Shown here in pieces: positions 1 to 10,779 of a stretch of 64,000 nt of DNA. This DNA comes from Anaerolineae bacterium (lineage in GTDB: Bacteria; Chloroflexota; Anaerolineae; UBA1429): the NCBI GenBank assembly GCA_963675785.1, contig OY776562.1, positions 2,592,001 to 2,656,000 of the forward strand, in the 5' to 3' direction. The notes beneath the pieces were generated by a model. It made no database searches and was not told the origin of the DNA. It saw only the letters and a program-made list of their open reading frames with translations. The number at the start of each line of letters is the position of its first letter. The stretch's first letter is position 1. The position numbers and the translations under genes were made by a program.

Positions 1-2
1 CA

Positions 3-1133
3 CCCACCCTGTACTGGGCGCGCATCCATCTAAAAGCTCAGGGCGCCGTGATGGTGACTGCTTCGCATAATCCTGCCGAATACAACGGTTTCAAGTTCAT
101 GCTGGGCGCTCTGCCCATAGCCCCAGAAGAGATCGAAGGTATTGCCCAAGACGTCTTTGAGGGTTTGGAACTGCAAGTGCTGCCCGGTACGATTGAGCAA
201 CGCAACATCCTGGACGAATACGAGACTTTTTTGATCACCTCCGTCGTACGTCTCAAGAGGCGCCGCGTAGTGGTTGACGCGGGTAACGGCTCACTTTCTG
301 AGATGGCCCCGCGTGTCCTTGCCCACTTGGGTCTTGATGTGGTGCCCCTTTTTTGCTCGCCCGATGGCTCTTTTCCCAATCGCGATCCCAACCCGGCTGT
401 GCCTGAGCATATTGAGACGCTGTGTCGAGAGGTAGTCAGCAGTGGAGCAGATTTGGGTATTGCTTACGATGGAGATGGCGATCGCGTCATTTTTTGCGAC
501 CACACCGGCCAGACTTGCACAGCCGACCGCGTCTTTGTGCTCTATATCGATAATCTGCTCAAAAAACAGCCGGGTGCTGGCGTTGTCTATGATCAAAAAT
601 GTTCCGAAGTGGTGCCCGAGGCCATTGTGGCCCACGGCGGCATTCCCCTTGTCGAGCGTTCAGGCCATGCTTTTATCAAGCGCCGTCTGTTGGATGAGGA
701 CGCCGCGTTGGGCGGCGAGATCAGTGGGCACTATTTCTTCCAAGAACTGCAAGGGGATGACGCCCTTTTTGCCACGCTACGACTGTTGGCTATTCTCGAT
801 AAAGAACAAGCTAGCCTGTATGATCTACTGGCAAAGGTGCCGCAATACGTCACTACACCCGATATCCGCATCCCCTGTCCGCCCGATATGGCGGCCAACA
901 TCCTGCAAGATATGGCACGCTCGTTGGCCGATTACCCGCAGCAGCACATTGATGGCGTGCGCATCCAGTTCCCCGATGGCTGGGCCCTGGCGCGGCTTTC
1001 AGTCACCGAGCCCTTGCTGACCTTGCGCTGTGAGGCCCATACAGATGCCGCGCTAGAGCGCATCAAAAATAAATTGTGTGATTCATCGCCAGCCTTACAC
1101 AATTGGCTGGCTCAAATAGGCAAAAGTTTGTAA
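3..1133 (+). CDS. Phosphomannomutase/phosphoglucomutase (5'-truncated by window edge)
   Basis: TASHNP phospho-Ser motif, DGDGDR metal loop, GEISGH sugar-binding loop; frame is open to the window start. Confidence 0.92.
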   Translation, partial: PTLYWARIHLKAQGAVMVTASHNPAEYNGFKFMLGALPIAPEEIEGIAQDVFEGLELQVLPGTIEQRNILDEYETFLITSVVRLKRRRVVVDAGNGSLSEMAPRVLAHLGLDVVPLFCSPDGSFPNRDPNPAVPEHIETLCREVVSSGADLGIAYDGDGDRVIFCDHTGQTCTADRVFVLYIDNLLKKQPGAGVVYDQKCSEVVPEAIVAHGGIPLVERSGHAFIKRRLLDEDAALGGEISGHYFFQELQGDDALFATLRLLAILDKEQASLYDLLAKVPQYVTTPDIRIPCPPDMAANILQDMARSLADYPQQHIDGVRIQFPDGWALARLSVTEPLLTLRCEAHTDAALERIKNKLCDSSPALHNWLAQIGKSL

Positions 1134-1145
1134 AGGAGCTATCCC

Positions 1146-1748
1146 ATGTACGATCCCAAACAGCACATGATCGAGATCGCTAAACTCGTATACGGACGCC
1201 ACCTCAGCGACACAGCAGGCGGCAACATCAGCTTGCGACACGAGGGGCTCATCTATGTCTCGCCGCGCTTTATGGGTGCCCAGTACCACTATAACATCAC
1301 GCGTGAGCAAATCTCGGTTCTCAATGCCGAGCATAACGTGCTCGAAGGCCCCACCGATCTCTCGCGCGAATCCAAAATGCACCTGGCGGCTTATGACAAC
1401 TTTCCCGAGGTGAACAGCGTCATCCACGCCCATCCGACCTACCTGATGGTCTATGCGGCGGCCTCTAGAACAATGAAACCCGTACTGGAATACACCGAGA
1501 AATTCGGCGACATAGAGTGCATCCCCGAATCTCCGGCTCACTCGCCTGATTTGGCCCAACATGTGGTGGAGATGGGACAGCGCCGGCGCGAGCAGCTCAA
1601 ACGTGTAGCCATGGGTGTCATTCTGCCCAAGCACGGCGTGGCCGTTCTGGGCCATGATCTCAACAACGCCTTTGATACGCTCGACCGTCTCGAAAAGAAC
1701 GCTCAGGTCTCGTTGCTGCTTGGCTCATTGCCCGAGGAAACCGCGTGA
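1146..1748 (+). CDS. Class II aldolase/adducin family protein (FucA/AraD-like)
   Basis: GGNIS, SxExxMH, VIHAHP and HG Zn-binding motifs; SD AAGGAG upstream. Confidence 0.88.
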   Translation: MYDPKQHMIEIAKLVYGRHLSDTAGGNISLRHEGLIYVSPRFMGAQYHYNITREQISVLNAEHNVLEGPTDLSRESKMHLAAYDNFPEVNSVIHAHPTYLMVYAAASRTMKPVLEYTEKFGDIECIPESPAHSPDLAQHVVEMGQRRREQLKRVAMGVILPKHGVAVLGHDLNNAFDTLDRLEKNAQVSLLLGSLPEETA

Positions 1749-2674
1749 TTCTGACCATCACGCCCAACACGGCCCTCGACAAGGTCATTTTTGTCGATGA
1801 TTTCCAGATTGGCCAGACAGTACGCACCAACGAGACGGTAGATGGTATGGGCGGCAAGGGGGCCGTTACATCCTGGGCACTGGGGCATCTGGGTGTGGCC
1901 TCGACAGCAACGGGTTTTTGCGGCGGCGCCACTGGCAAGCACATCGAGGCGATGCTAACCGACAAAGGCGCACACACCGCTTTTATCCATGTCGCCGGTG
2001 AGACACGCCTCAACTATGTCATTGCCCGTCGTGTCGATGGCGCCCAGGGCACCATTACCACCGCTGGTTACAGCGTAGAGCATAAAGATATTGCGGCATT
2101 GGAAGAATGCATCAGCAATCTACTCCCACAGGCAAAGTTTATGCTCTGCGGTGGCAGTATGCCGGTGGGTATGCCACCCAATTGGTACGTGAACATCATC
2201 CATGAGGCCCGTCATCACAAGGTGACCATCTTGGCGGATGTCAGCGGCCAATATATGGAACCCACTTTTGGCGCACTGCCCGATATCATCAAACCCAACG
2301 AGCACGAAGCAGAAGCTCTGTTGGGTAGATCGATCTGCACACTCGATGAAGCAGCAGAGGCAGCACGCGCCCTGCAGTCACGCGGCATCCCAGCGGTCAT
2401 CATTACCATGGGCCACAAGGGGGCCGCTGCAGCTACACCCGCAGGGGCTTTTATCATGCCGCCAGTACCGGTTCAGGCAGTCAACACCGCCGGTGCCGGC
2501 GATAGCTTTAACGCTGGCCTCATCATGGGGCTCAGCGCAGGCCAAGATTGGCCGATTGCGCTGAAGCAGGCCACGGCTACCGCCACCGCTTCAGTGCTCA
2601 CCCCGGCAACGGGTGCCGTGCGGAGCGAGGATGTAGCTAAAATCCTGCCAAACGTGATAGTACAGTTAGTCTAA
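1745..2674 (+). CDS. 1-phosphofructokinase family hexose kinase (PfkB)
   Basis: ILTITPNTALD N-terminus, GGKG, IKPNEHE, NTAGAGDSF PfkB signature; GTGA overlap with upstream gene. Confidence 0.9.
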   Translation: MILTITPNTALDKVIFVDDFQIGQTVRTNETVDGMGGKGAVTSWALGHLGVASTATGFCGGATGKHIEAMLTDKGAHTAFIHVAGETRLNYVIARRVDGAQGTITTAGYSVEHKDIAALEECISNLLPQAKFMLCGGSMPVGMPPNWYVNIIHEARHHKVTILADVSGQYMEPTFGALPDIIKPNEHEAEALLGRSICTLDEAAEAARALQSRGIPAVIITMGHKGAAAATPAGAFIMPPVPVQAVNTAGAGDSFNAGLIMGLSAGQDWPIALKQATATATASVLTPATGAVRSEDVAKILPNVIVQLV

Positions 2675-2751
2675 AGATGCGTTCTTTAGAATTCTGACAG
2701 CTATGATATATAGTAACAAACGTGGTGTTTTTGTTTGTTGGGAGGAAACTA

Positions 2752-3957
2752 ATGGGCAAGGCAAAAGGCAACCTTGTTGTCGGACAGTCCGGCGGCCCCA
2801 CGGCCGTCATCAACAACAGTCTTGTGGGCGTCGTTCAGGAAGCGATGAAACACGAGGAAATCGGCGATATCATGGGCATGGCCCACGGTATTGCGGGTAT
2901 TCTCAATGAAGAATTCGTTGATATGCGCAAAGAATCGCCCGAGACGCTCGAACTCTTGCGCGATACTCCTGCTTCTGCCCTCGGCACAGTACGCTACAAG
3001 GTTTCAGAAAAGGACTATGAGCGCATCCTCGAGGTGTTCATGGCCTACGATGTACGCTACTTTTTCTACATCGGCGGCAACGACTCGATGGATACTTGTT
3101 ACAAGATGTCCTTGCTGGCGGCAGACCGCGGTTATGAGTTGCATGCCATCGGCGTTCCCAAGACGGTGGACAACGACCTGGCCGAGACCGATCACTGCCC
3201 CGGCTTTGGCAGTGCCGCTCGCTTTGTAGCTTCGTCAGTACGTAATACGGCCTTTGATACCAAGGCCATGGGAGACAGCAGCCCTATCAAGCTCGTCGAA
3301 GTGATGGGCCGCAATGCTGGCTGGCTTACGGCCGCGACAGTGCTAGCCAAAGAAGACCCCGACGATGCACCGCATCTCATCTACATGCCCGAGCAGGGTA
3401 AATCCCTCGAGTCGGTCATTGCGGATGTGGAAAAATGGTACAAGAAGTTGGGCTATTGCGTCGTCGCAGTAAGCGAAGGCTTTACGAACGAAGAGGGTAA
3501 AGGTTTTTCCTCCTCCAACGAGGTTGATGCCTTTGGCCATGCTCGACTCGGCGGCGTAGTAGAAGCGCTCGAAGAGGCCATCTCCGACGCTTTGGGACTT
3601 AAAACCCGCTACGACAAACCAGGCTATCTTCAGAGATCTTTTGGAGAATTGCAGTCCTCGGTGGATCGCGAAGAGGCTTACATGGTAGGCTGTGAGGCGG
3701 TTCGGGCCGCTCTGGCCGGAGAGACTGGAGTGATGATCTCCTTGGTGCGTGAAACAGGACCAAAATATGTTTGCCGACCTGGGCTCGCTCTTCTTTCCGA
3801 GGTAGCAAATGCCGAGCATGTGCTTCCCAGAGAATGGATCAACAGCGAAGCCAATGGCGTAACCCAGGCTTTTATCGACTATGCCAAACCTCTCATTGGT
3901 GGCCCACTCAAGCCTTATGGCTGGCTTTCAATGAACATCATGCCCAAAAAGCTCTGA
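2752..3957 (+). CDS. 6-phosphofructokinase, probably PPi-dependent
   Basis: QSGGPTAVIN, GGNDS (Asp typical of PPi enzymes), PKTVDND, MGR motifs; SD GGAGG before ATG 2752. Confidence 0.9.
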   Translation: MGKAKGNLVVGQSGGPTAVINNSLVGVVQEAMKHEEIGDIMGMAHGIAGILNEEFVDMRKESPETLELLRDTPASALGTVRYKVSEKDYERILEVFMAYDVRYFFYIGGNDSMDTCYKMSLLAADRGYELHAIGVPKTVDNDLAETDHCPGFGSAARFVASSVRNTAFDTKAMGDSSPIKLVEVMGRNAGWLTAATVLAKEDPDDAPHLIYMPEQGKSLESVIADVEKWYKKLGYCVVAVSEGFTNEEGKGFSSSNEVDAFGHARLGGVVEALEEAISDALGLKTRYDKPGYLQRSFGELQSSVDREEAYMVGCEAVRAALAGETGVMISLVRETGPKYVCRPGLALLSEVANAEHVLPREWINSEANGVTQAFIDYAKPLIGGPLKPYGWLSMNIMPKKL

Positions 3958-3967
3958 TATCCTAAAC

Positions 3968-3999
3968 AAAAAAGGAGAGGGACTTGCCCTCTCCTTTTT
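3968..3999. terminator. Bidirectional intrinsic terminator
   Basis: AAAAAAGGAGAGGG-acttg-CCCTCTCCTTTTT between convergent genes. Confidence 0.85.
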
Positions 4000-6900
4000 C
4001 TATTCGAGTGGTTCCAGGGTAGTGTTTCCCCAAATCGTTATTTCGTCCGAGTGAGCATAAGCGATCACATTTCCCGACTCGATCACGGCGATCCGAAAAC
4101 GAACGCTCGTTCCCGTTTTGACGCTTTGGGTATCCCACAAGTAGCTATCTGTAAGGGCCTTGTCCGTTGCACGCACGCGCCATGTCTGGCCGCCATCGTA
4201 AGAAACATCGAGCTGTACTGTTGCATCACAATCCACAGATGATACGCCCGTCCATGATACCCGCTGAACACCCGTCCAAACAGGTTCCGAAGGCGTCAAG
4301 AAAAATATATCTGGATTGCCCTCATTCAAAATTTCGACAGGCCCAAGATAATCGTTAACAGCGTATCTTCCGTCTGTGGCAGTTATCCTAAGCCACAACC
4401 GATCCGTATTGGGCAAATCCCGCGTATCCCACAGCACACTGCCCTCTGCTTGGTCATCTGTAGCGAACGTCGTCCATGTTGCGCCCTCATCCAAGCTGTA
4501 TGCAAGAGCGATCGAGATCGAATCGTTATCTTCGTCGATGACATCCCAGGCTATTCGTTCCAAGCCGCTCATGGGAAAGCCCTCAGTTGCAACAATGAGC
4601 GAAGCAAGCGGTTGATTAAAAGTCGCATTGTTCACTTCAAAGGGACCGCTGATCTCTGATCTTGAGGTTTCATTGACCGCTACCAAACGCAGCCAATACC
4701 ACCCGTTCATCATATCGCGGGTATCAAACAAAAACACACCTTCGTCGGATATCCTTGTTGCAATCGATTCCCAATTCTGTCCATCCATACTGATTTGGAT
4801 ATCGATTTCGAGCGGATCGATCTCGCCGTTTGAAGGTTGCCAGCGCACAATTTCTAGCCCACTCCAACGATCCCCGGCCAAAGGCGCTTCGATATACACA
4901 AAAGGCCTGGATGATAGGTTGATATCTCCAGACATCCAACTGGTAGAAAAAAGGCCGTCTGTGGCTGAGATTCTTATTCGTGATTTACTGCCCAGAGGAA
5001 GACTAGATAGATCATACGTACCACTGGCATCTAGCCTGGCAGCCAACACATCCCAAGAAACTCCATTGTCCGAGCTCAACTCGATGGATACAGAGACATC
5101 ATCGTCATCCGAATCGGAAGCCATCCACACAAGTTGTCCATCGGCCAAGACATCATCAGAATCTGGCGATCCTACTTCCAATAGAGGAGGGTGAGAATTA
5201 CCGAGTACACAGAACGCTCCTTCCATTGCACTCGAAACACGCGTTGCATCATCCACAATGGTCACACGAACCATCGCAGACGTAGCAATGCCAAACCTTG
5301 CCTCATTCAAAATATACCGCTCAGACTGAGCATCAGTAGACCCAACCTGCACCCAATTCGGCTGAGCTTCTGTCCATAAATCGATCTGGGCTGTCGCCTG
5401 AGTGGAAAAACCACTCAGTGCCCAGGAAACAACAACATCGCCATTCACGCTCTGCCCTGCTGAAGGAGATAGCAGGATCACAGAAGGCTCTGTCACAATG
5501 GAGCCCACCGTAACCGATACTTCATCCACAACATCCAAAAGCTGGTATCGGCCTGAAGTACGTCCGAATATACCAAGGACGAGTTGATAATCTCCTGTCA
5601 GGCCGGTGGCATCCCAAATGCCAAAGTTACTCTGAGAGCAATCTTCTGTGATCAACTGCCAATCGTTGCTATTCGCCTCTCGGACCATGAGGGCCACTGG
5701 TGTAGCTTGCTCTGATTCGTCAAGAGCCCGCCAACACAGCAAAACACTTCCCTCCAATTGGTCTCCCTCACGGGGAGACACGAGTTCATAGGCTGCATCA
5801 GTTGGTGTGCCAATTGTCAACAAGCCTCCCGTCTCTGCCGATCCGGTAGCTTGTCCATCATTCGCAATGACACGAAGCCGGTATTCGTCACCCGCTGGCA
5901 AAAACGAGAATTTCCATAAATAGTATCCAGTATTGTCCAAGTCTTCGGCCAGAGGTAGCCATGTTTTGCCGGCATCATAGCTGTACTCGATAGAAATGGT
6001 CAGGTCATCGCCATCCTCATCATACGTATTCCAGAGGACGATTGCCTCATCTTCAAGCTCAATGTTTTCCAGCGGCGCATTTAGGCGAATCACAGGGGCC
6101 GAATTGCCCGAAATATACACTGGATACACCGAGTCTTCGCCAACAGCACCATCAGGATCAAAAACTTTGATTCGCACTTGATAGGTTCCAGGCGTCACAT
6201 TGCGAACAAGCCAGGTAAGCTGACCTTGGTTCTCAGTCTGTTTGGCGATGATCTGCCATTCACCACCTGCCACTCGGTACTCAACCTGTGCCGACAGTGT
6301 ATCATCATCAGTATCATAGGCCTGCCAAGTTATCAGACATTGGGAACTGATGATGTAATCAGGAACTGGAGACGAACAATATACAACAGGTGCATCGTTC
6401 ACATTGTTCACTACTACAGGCCGTTCTGCAGACAAGATGCTCTGCGGTGTTACTGCGATAACCCGCAAGACTCCCTCGGTGCTATCCGCATTATCGCGTG
6501 TATCCCATTGATACGGCGCTTCCAACTCACCTGAAGCTAGAACTGTCCAATGATCTCCTGCATCAGGACTGTACTGGATGGTAACACCGTTTTCTACAGC
6601 CACTCCCTCAATAGTCCAATTGACCGCGACAATGCCTTTGAGTGTCTCATCATCCTCTACTGTCAACGTCAACGCTCTCTGCTCAGATACAAGTTGAATA
6701 TCTCGTTGAATGATCGTAGTTTGCCCTGTCAGATCATCCTCAGCCATCAAAGACAGCACATATTTGCCAGCAAGCAAACCTTCTGTGCTAAAAACACTGC
6801 TTGCTATATCTTCAGAAATAGCCATATCTGGCAAAGTAATCACATTGCCCAACTCATCCACCATCTGAACACCAATTACAGAGCACGTTCCCGCCACGAT

Positions 6901-8460
6901 TTGAGCCTTAATCGCAATTTGCCCGGCAACGGGAGCCTCGGACGGAAGGGACAAGAGGTTTAGACGAGGCGCATTATTCACGACACTAACAAGTTGAACA
7001 GGAGAGAGGGTATTTGAGCCGTCCAACATCTCTCCTACCACGTAAAGACCATATTCACCGTCGGGCAAATCAGTGGTATCCCACTGAACCTGCCAAAGAT
7101 TACCGACTTGGTTCATATTCCCTACACAGATACCCAGGCCCGACTCGTTACGAGCATAGAGCTCAAGTCCAGAAACATTCTGAGGATTATCGGGCACAGC
7201 GACCTGCACGCGGCTCGATCCACTTACAGTCTGTCCCTCCAGCGGCGAACCCACGACTGCCCTGGCCTGGCCCTCGAGAAGTATGGTAACGGGCTCTTCC
7301 GTCGAACTCCAGCCCGCCAAGCCAGACGAGTCCCAGGCAATAGCAAAGATGTACCAGCCATCACCTTGCCAGTCTTCAGGTAGGCGGGCTTGGATGCGCC
7401 AGCCATCGACACTGCTGGAATCCGTTCCCAACCACATCATATTGCCCGGATATGGTTGTTCGCTTTCTATGCCCGGGCACAACGTCACATCCTGATATAT
7501 GTAAACATCGATGCGTTCGATGGCACTATCTGCATCTTGAGCGATTAGAACGATATCAAAAGGAGAAGAAACTGCGGAAAGTGGCGCAGGTTCTATTATC
7601 GATACAGAAGGAGCCATGTTTTGCTGCACCACCAAAGATTGGCTCGTCGTTGTGCCAATGCTTGATTTGCCGCTATTGCTGCCGAGGATGGAAACATCAT
7701 AGATACCGTTCGCCAGAACATTTGTGAGATCAATGGAATCCCAGAACCCCTTGGTCCAAAGGCCAGAGATCCCATCGCCAACTACCCCGATCAAACGCCG
7801 AAGGGGTGAGCTGCTTACGGTGGGGGGGACAGTTTCCTGGCTTACAGCAAGCAGTGCTGCCGAATCGTCATCGGCAAGGGGCAATACAGCTAGAGGAACA
7901 GATGCCGGATCCGCTGTATTGAGTGCGGGGGTAACCAAAAGAGCCGCCTGCGGCGAGTAAAAAGATGTTGATTCAGCCCACATAACTTGAGAATCTGACA
8001 ACGAGGCCATCGCCATAATGCGACAAGGATCCAAGAAGGACAGTTTTTCAGCATCAACAGAGATAGACCAACCATCCTGACCGTTCTGGTCAATGCCAAG
8101 CAGATACAGTTGCACCGGCAATGTCTCGGTTGCGTCAGTAGTGCGCACATAAAAGGCGATACTGGTAATTGCCTCTGGGGGCTGGTTAGTGAAAGCAAAG
8201 ATGGAGAATTGTTGTGAGGACTGATCCAATTGAAAAGGTACAGAAACCTGAATTTGTACGGGGATATCAATATCGGTTTGGTCAGGATGATTAAGCAAAG
8301 ATTGTGTAACAGTGGGGGATATTACCTCGAGAGAAGAAACGAGAGGCGCCAAAAACAGACTGGCCAGAACGATTGCTGGCATCATACATAGAAAAGCTAG
8401 TCCCCTTTTATTGATCAGGGCCAAGCTCTTCAGACGATTCAACTGCAGTTTCAGAGTCAT
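4000..8460 (-). CDS. Large secreted/surface protein with tandem Ig-like repeats
   Basis: 1486-aa ORF with N-terminal hydrophobic segment and recurring motifs like 'SP..G....G...I.W...D.D.D...I.YS.D.G.TW..LA....G.Y.WDT..LP'; real start may be ATG 8385. Confidence 0.75.
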   Translation of the reverse strand: MTLKLQLNRLKSLALINKRGLAFLCMMPAIVLASLFLAPLVSSLEVISPTVTQSLLNHPDQTDIDIPVQIQVSVPFQLDQSSQQFSIFAFTNQPPEAITSIAFYVRTTDATETLPVQLYLLGIDQNGQDGWSISVDAEKLSFLDPCRIMAMASLSDSQVMWAESTSFYSPQAALLVTPALNTADPASVPLAVLPLADDDSAALLAVSQETVPPTVSSSPLRRLIGVVGDGISGLWTKGFWDSIDLTNVLANGIYDVSILGSNSGKSSIGTTTSQSLVVQQNMAPSVSIIEPAPLSAVSSPFDIVLIAQDADSAIERIDVYIYQDVTLCPGIESEQPYPGNMMWLGTDSSSVDGWRIQARLPEDWQGDGWYIFAIAWDSSGLAGWSSTEEPVTILLEGQARAVVGSPLEGQTVSGSSRVQVAVPDNPQNVSGLELYARNESGLGICVGNMNQVGNLWQVQWDTTDLPDGEYGLYVVGEMLDGSNTLSPVQLVSVVNNAPRLNLLSLPSEAPVAGQIAIKAQIVAGTCSVIGVQMVDELGNVITLPDMAISEDIASSVFSTEGLLAGKYVLSLMAEDDLTGQTTIIQRDIQLVSEQRALTLTVEDDETLKGIVAVNWTIEGVAVENGVTIQYSPDAGDHWTVLASGELEAPYQWDTRDNADSTEGVLRVIAVTPQSILSAERPVVVNNVNDAPVVYCSSPVPDYIISSQCLITWQAYDTDDDTLSAQVEYRVAGGEWQIIAKQTENQGQLTWLVRNVTPGTYQVRIKVFDPDGAVGEDSVYPVYISGNSAPVIRLNAPLENIELEDEAIVLWNTYDEDGDDLTISIEYSYDAGKTWLPLAEDLDNTGYYLWKFSFLPAGDEYRLRVIANDGQATGSAETGGLLTIGTPTDAAYELVSPREGDQLEGSVLLCWRALDESEQATPVALMVREANSNDWQLITEDCSQSNFGIWDATGLTGDYQLVLGIFGRTSGRYQLLDVVDEVSVTVGSIVTEPSVILLSPSAGQSVNGDVVVSWALSGFSTQATAQIDLWTEAQPNWVQVGSTDAQSERYILNEARFGIATSAMVRVTIVDDATRVSSAMEGAFCVLGNSHPPLLEVGSPDSDDVLADGQLVWMASDSDDDDVSVSIELSSDNGVSWDVLAARLDASGTYDLSSLPLGSKSRIRISATDGLFSTSWMSGDINLSSRPFVYIEAPLAGDRWSGLEIVRWQPSNGEIDPLEIDIQISMDGQNWESIATRISDEGVFLFDTRDMMNGWYWLRLVAVNETSRSEISGPFEVNNATFNQPLASLIVATEGFPMSGLERIAWDVIDEDNDSISIALAYSLDEGATWTTFATDDQAEGSVLWDTRDLPNTDRLWLRITATDGRYAVNDYLGPVEILNEGNPDIFFLTPSEPVWTGVQRVSWTGVSSVDCDATVQLDVSYDGGQTWRVRATDKALTDSYLWDTQSVKTGTSVRFRIAVIESGNVIAYAHSDEITIWGNTTLEPLE

Positions 8461-10639
8461 CAGTAGTTAACACCTGGCGGGAGCGTCCACCCGTCTCCGG
8501 TGGTCCAACAATTCCATGTTCCTCAAGTTGGTCGATCAAACGGGCTGCCCGAGGATACCCCACATGTAACTGGCGCTGCAAAAAGCTGGCCGAAGCCTGG
8601 CCGTGTTCTCGCACCAATTCGGTAGCCGCTTGTAGCACATCATCATCGCCTTCATCCCGGTCAAGGTCCATTCCTTCCCAGGGGGCTACTTCTTCTACTT
8701 GATCCTCATAAGCACTCTGCCGCCAAAAGGCAGTCACGTCATCTATCTCTTGTTCAGATATCCAGCAGCCCTGAATGCGCAAAAGATCAGACTGATCCGA
8801 GGCCATATAGAGCATGTCGCCACGCCCCAACAGTTTTTCAGCGCCTGGGACATCCAGAACAACGCGAGAATCTACCTGAGATGACACAGCAAAGCTAATG
8901 CGCGAAGGGAAATTGGCTTTGATGAGCCCGGTCACAACGTCTACGGATGGCCGCTGTGTAGCCAACACCAGATGAATGCCCGTTGCCCGTGCCATCTGCC
9001 CCAGTCGAGCTAGGGCTCGTTCACACTCTTCAGGTGACATGACCATCACATCGGCCAGTTCGTCGATGACAATAACAATGCGCGGCAAAATCGGCTGATC
9101 ATCGGCCCGTTGCATCTCGTTGTATGTATCAATGTTACGAGCGCTCGCATTGGAAAAAAGCTCGTACCGATGCTCCATTTCTTTTAACGTCCACTTGAGC
9201 GCCACAATGGTCTTTTCGACATCGACGACGACCGGGGCCAAAAGATGCGGTATCCCGTTATATCGCGACAACTCGACGCGTTTGGGATCAACCAGTAAAA
9301 GCTGGAGTTGATCTGGTGTGTAATGGAACAACAGAGAAGCAAGAATTGCATTGAGGCAGGCGCTCTTGCCGGTACCTGTAGCTCCTGCTAGCAACAGATG
9401 CGGCATACGAGTCAGATCGGCCACTATGGGCTCACCAGATACATTTCTGCCCAAGGCGATACGCAAACGCCCTCTGCTCATTTTGTAGGCTTTGGATTCA
9501 AGCACACCTCGCAATCCGACAATGGCTTTTTTCGGATTGGGGACTTCGATACCCACCATGGCGCGCCCAGGAATAGGAGCTTCGACACGAATAGGAGAGG
9601 CCGCTAGCGCCAAAGCAAGGTCATCCGCCAGGGCCGTAATTTTACTCACACGAACGCGCTTGCTGCCCGATTTTGATTCGACATAGCCAGGCACAACGCC
9701 AAACTGTGTAATCGTCGGGCCGCGTTTCCACTCTGTTACCCTGGCAGGCACGCCAAACTCTCGCAGAGTCTTTTCGATGATTTGCGCCTGCATACGCGAA
9801 TCAGCATCACTCCCCTCGTTCTCCGTGTCACTAATGAGCAGATCGAGAGGCGGTAGTTTACGCGAGCGGCGCTGAGCACGTCGAGGCGCGACAGTAGAAT
9901 CCGAATCAGGATTAGCAAGGACCGCCTGACGAGTAGCAACAGGTTCAGCAAGTAGAATGGGGATTTCTACTTGCTGCGCCAGTATGGCCTGTTCTTGCAG
10001 CAAAGCCTCTTGGCGCAGTGCCAGGTCAAGCTCAAGCCGCTGGCGAAGCCGAACACCGAGTGAAGCAAAAGCAGTACGTATGCCCCAAATAACTGTACGC
10101 CAATTCGTACGAGTTGCCAATAGCAATGAGGCAATGAATGCTATCGACAGAATGAGAATAGAAAAGGCACGTCCAATAATCGGCACCAAGAGGCGATAAA
10201 AAGCCCAGCCGAAAAAGCCGCCCCACATGCCATGGCTTGCGTACGAAAATGCCACATAGACGTCTTTTGCTGCGATGACGTGTACAAGTCCCAATAACAC
10301 AAAGAAGATCAATTCGACGCCAAGTAGAGTTTGCCACGATGGCGTCAGCTTATCTTCCAACGATTCCCAGAACAGGATGAGTACACCAGAAGCCAGAATG
10401 CCGGGGCCAACGATATAAGCGCCAAAGCCAAATAGTTGCTCCAGCATTGTGCTCCAGGCGCCGGTCCATACGCCTTGGTCACCAGAAAACAAGGCAATAT
10501 TCGTAACAGCGCCCACAGCCGTCAGAACGATGCCCCACACTTCGCGCTGCATAAGCCAACGACCAACGCGCTGTAACACTTGCACAAAACTAGATGTTTG
10601 TGCCTTGCGCCGCCTTGATTTTTTTCGCCTTGTTGCCAT
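8408..10639 (-). CDS. ftsK: DNA translocase FtsK/SpoIIIE
   Basis: N-terminal TM domain, PHLLLAGATGTGKS Walker A, IDELAD, ATQRPSVDV, gamma domain SFLQRQLHVGYPRAARLID. Confidence 0.96.
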   Translation of the reverse strand: MATRRKKSRRRKAQTSSFVQVLQRVGRWLMQREVWGIVLTAVGAVTNIALFSGDQGVWTGAWSTMLEQLFGFGAYIVGPGILASGVLILFWESLEDKLTPSWQTLLGVELIFFVLLGLVHVIAAKDVYVAFSYASHGMWGGFFGWAFYRLLVPIIGRAFSILILSIAFIASLLLATRTNWRTVIWGIRTAFASLGVRLRQRLELDLALRQEALLQEQAILAQQVEIPILLAEPVATRQAVLANPDSDSTVAPRRAQRRSRKLPPLDLLISDTENEGSDADSRMQAQIIEKTLREFGVPARVTEWKRGPTITQFGVVPGYVESKSGSKRVRVSKITALADDLALALAASPIRVEAPIPGRAMVGIEVPNPKKAIVGLRGVLESKAYKMSRGRLRIALGRNVSGEPIVADLTRMPHLLLAGATGTGKSACLNAILASLLFHYTPDQLQLLLVDPKRVELSRYNGIPHLLAPVVVDVEKTIVALKWTLKEMEHRYELFSNASARNIDTYNEMQRADDQPILPRIVIVIDELADVMVMSPEECERALARLGQMARATGIHLVLATQRPSVDVVTGLIKANFPSRISFAVSSQVDSRVVLDVPGAEKLLGRGDMLYMASDQSDLLRIQGCWISEQEIDDVTAFWRQSAYEDQVEEVAPWEGMDLDRDEGDDDVLQAATELVREHGQASASFLQRQLHVGYPRAARLIDQLEEHGIVGPPETGGRSRQVLTTDDSETAVESSEELGPDQ

Positions 10640-10779
10640 TTTGCGTGTCCTGAAAATCTAAATTGCTGCGTAAGGTAATATCGCATGAAGTTGTCGCCTT
10701 GTCAACGACCCTAGAAAACCACACACCCCAGACAAGTGTGGTCTTGCCTGGGGCGTATTGGAGGGAAGGGAGCCAAGAA

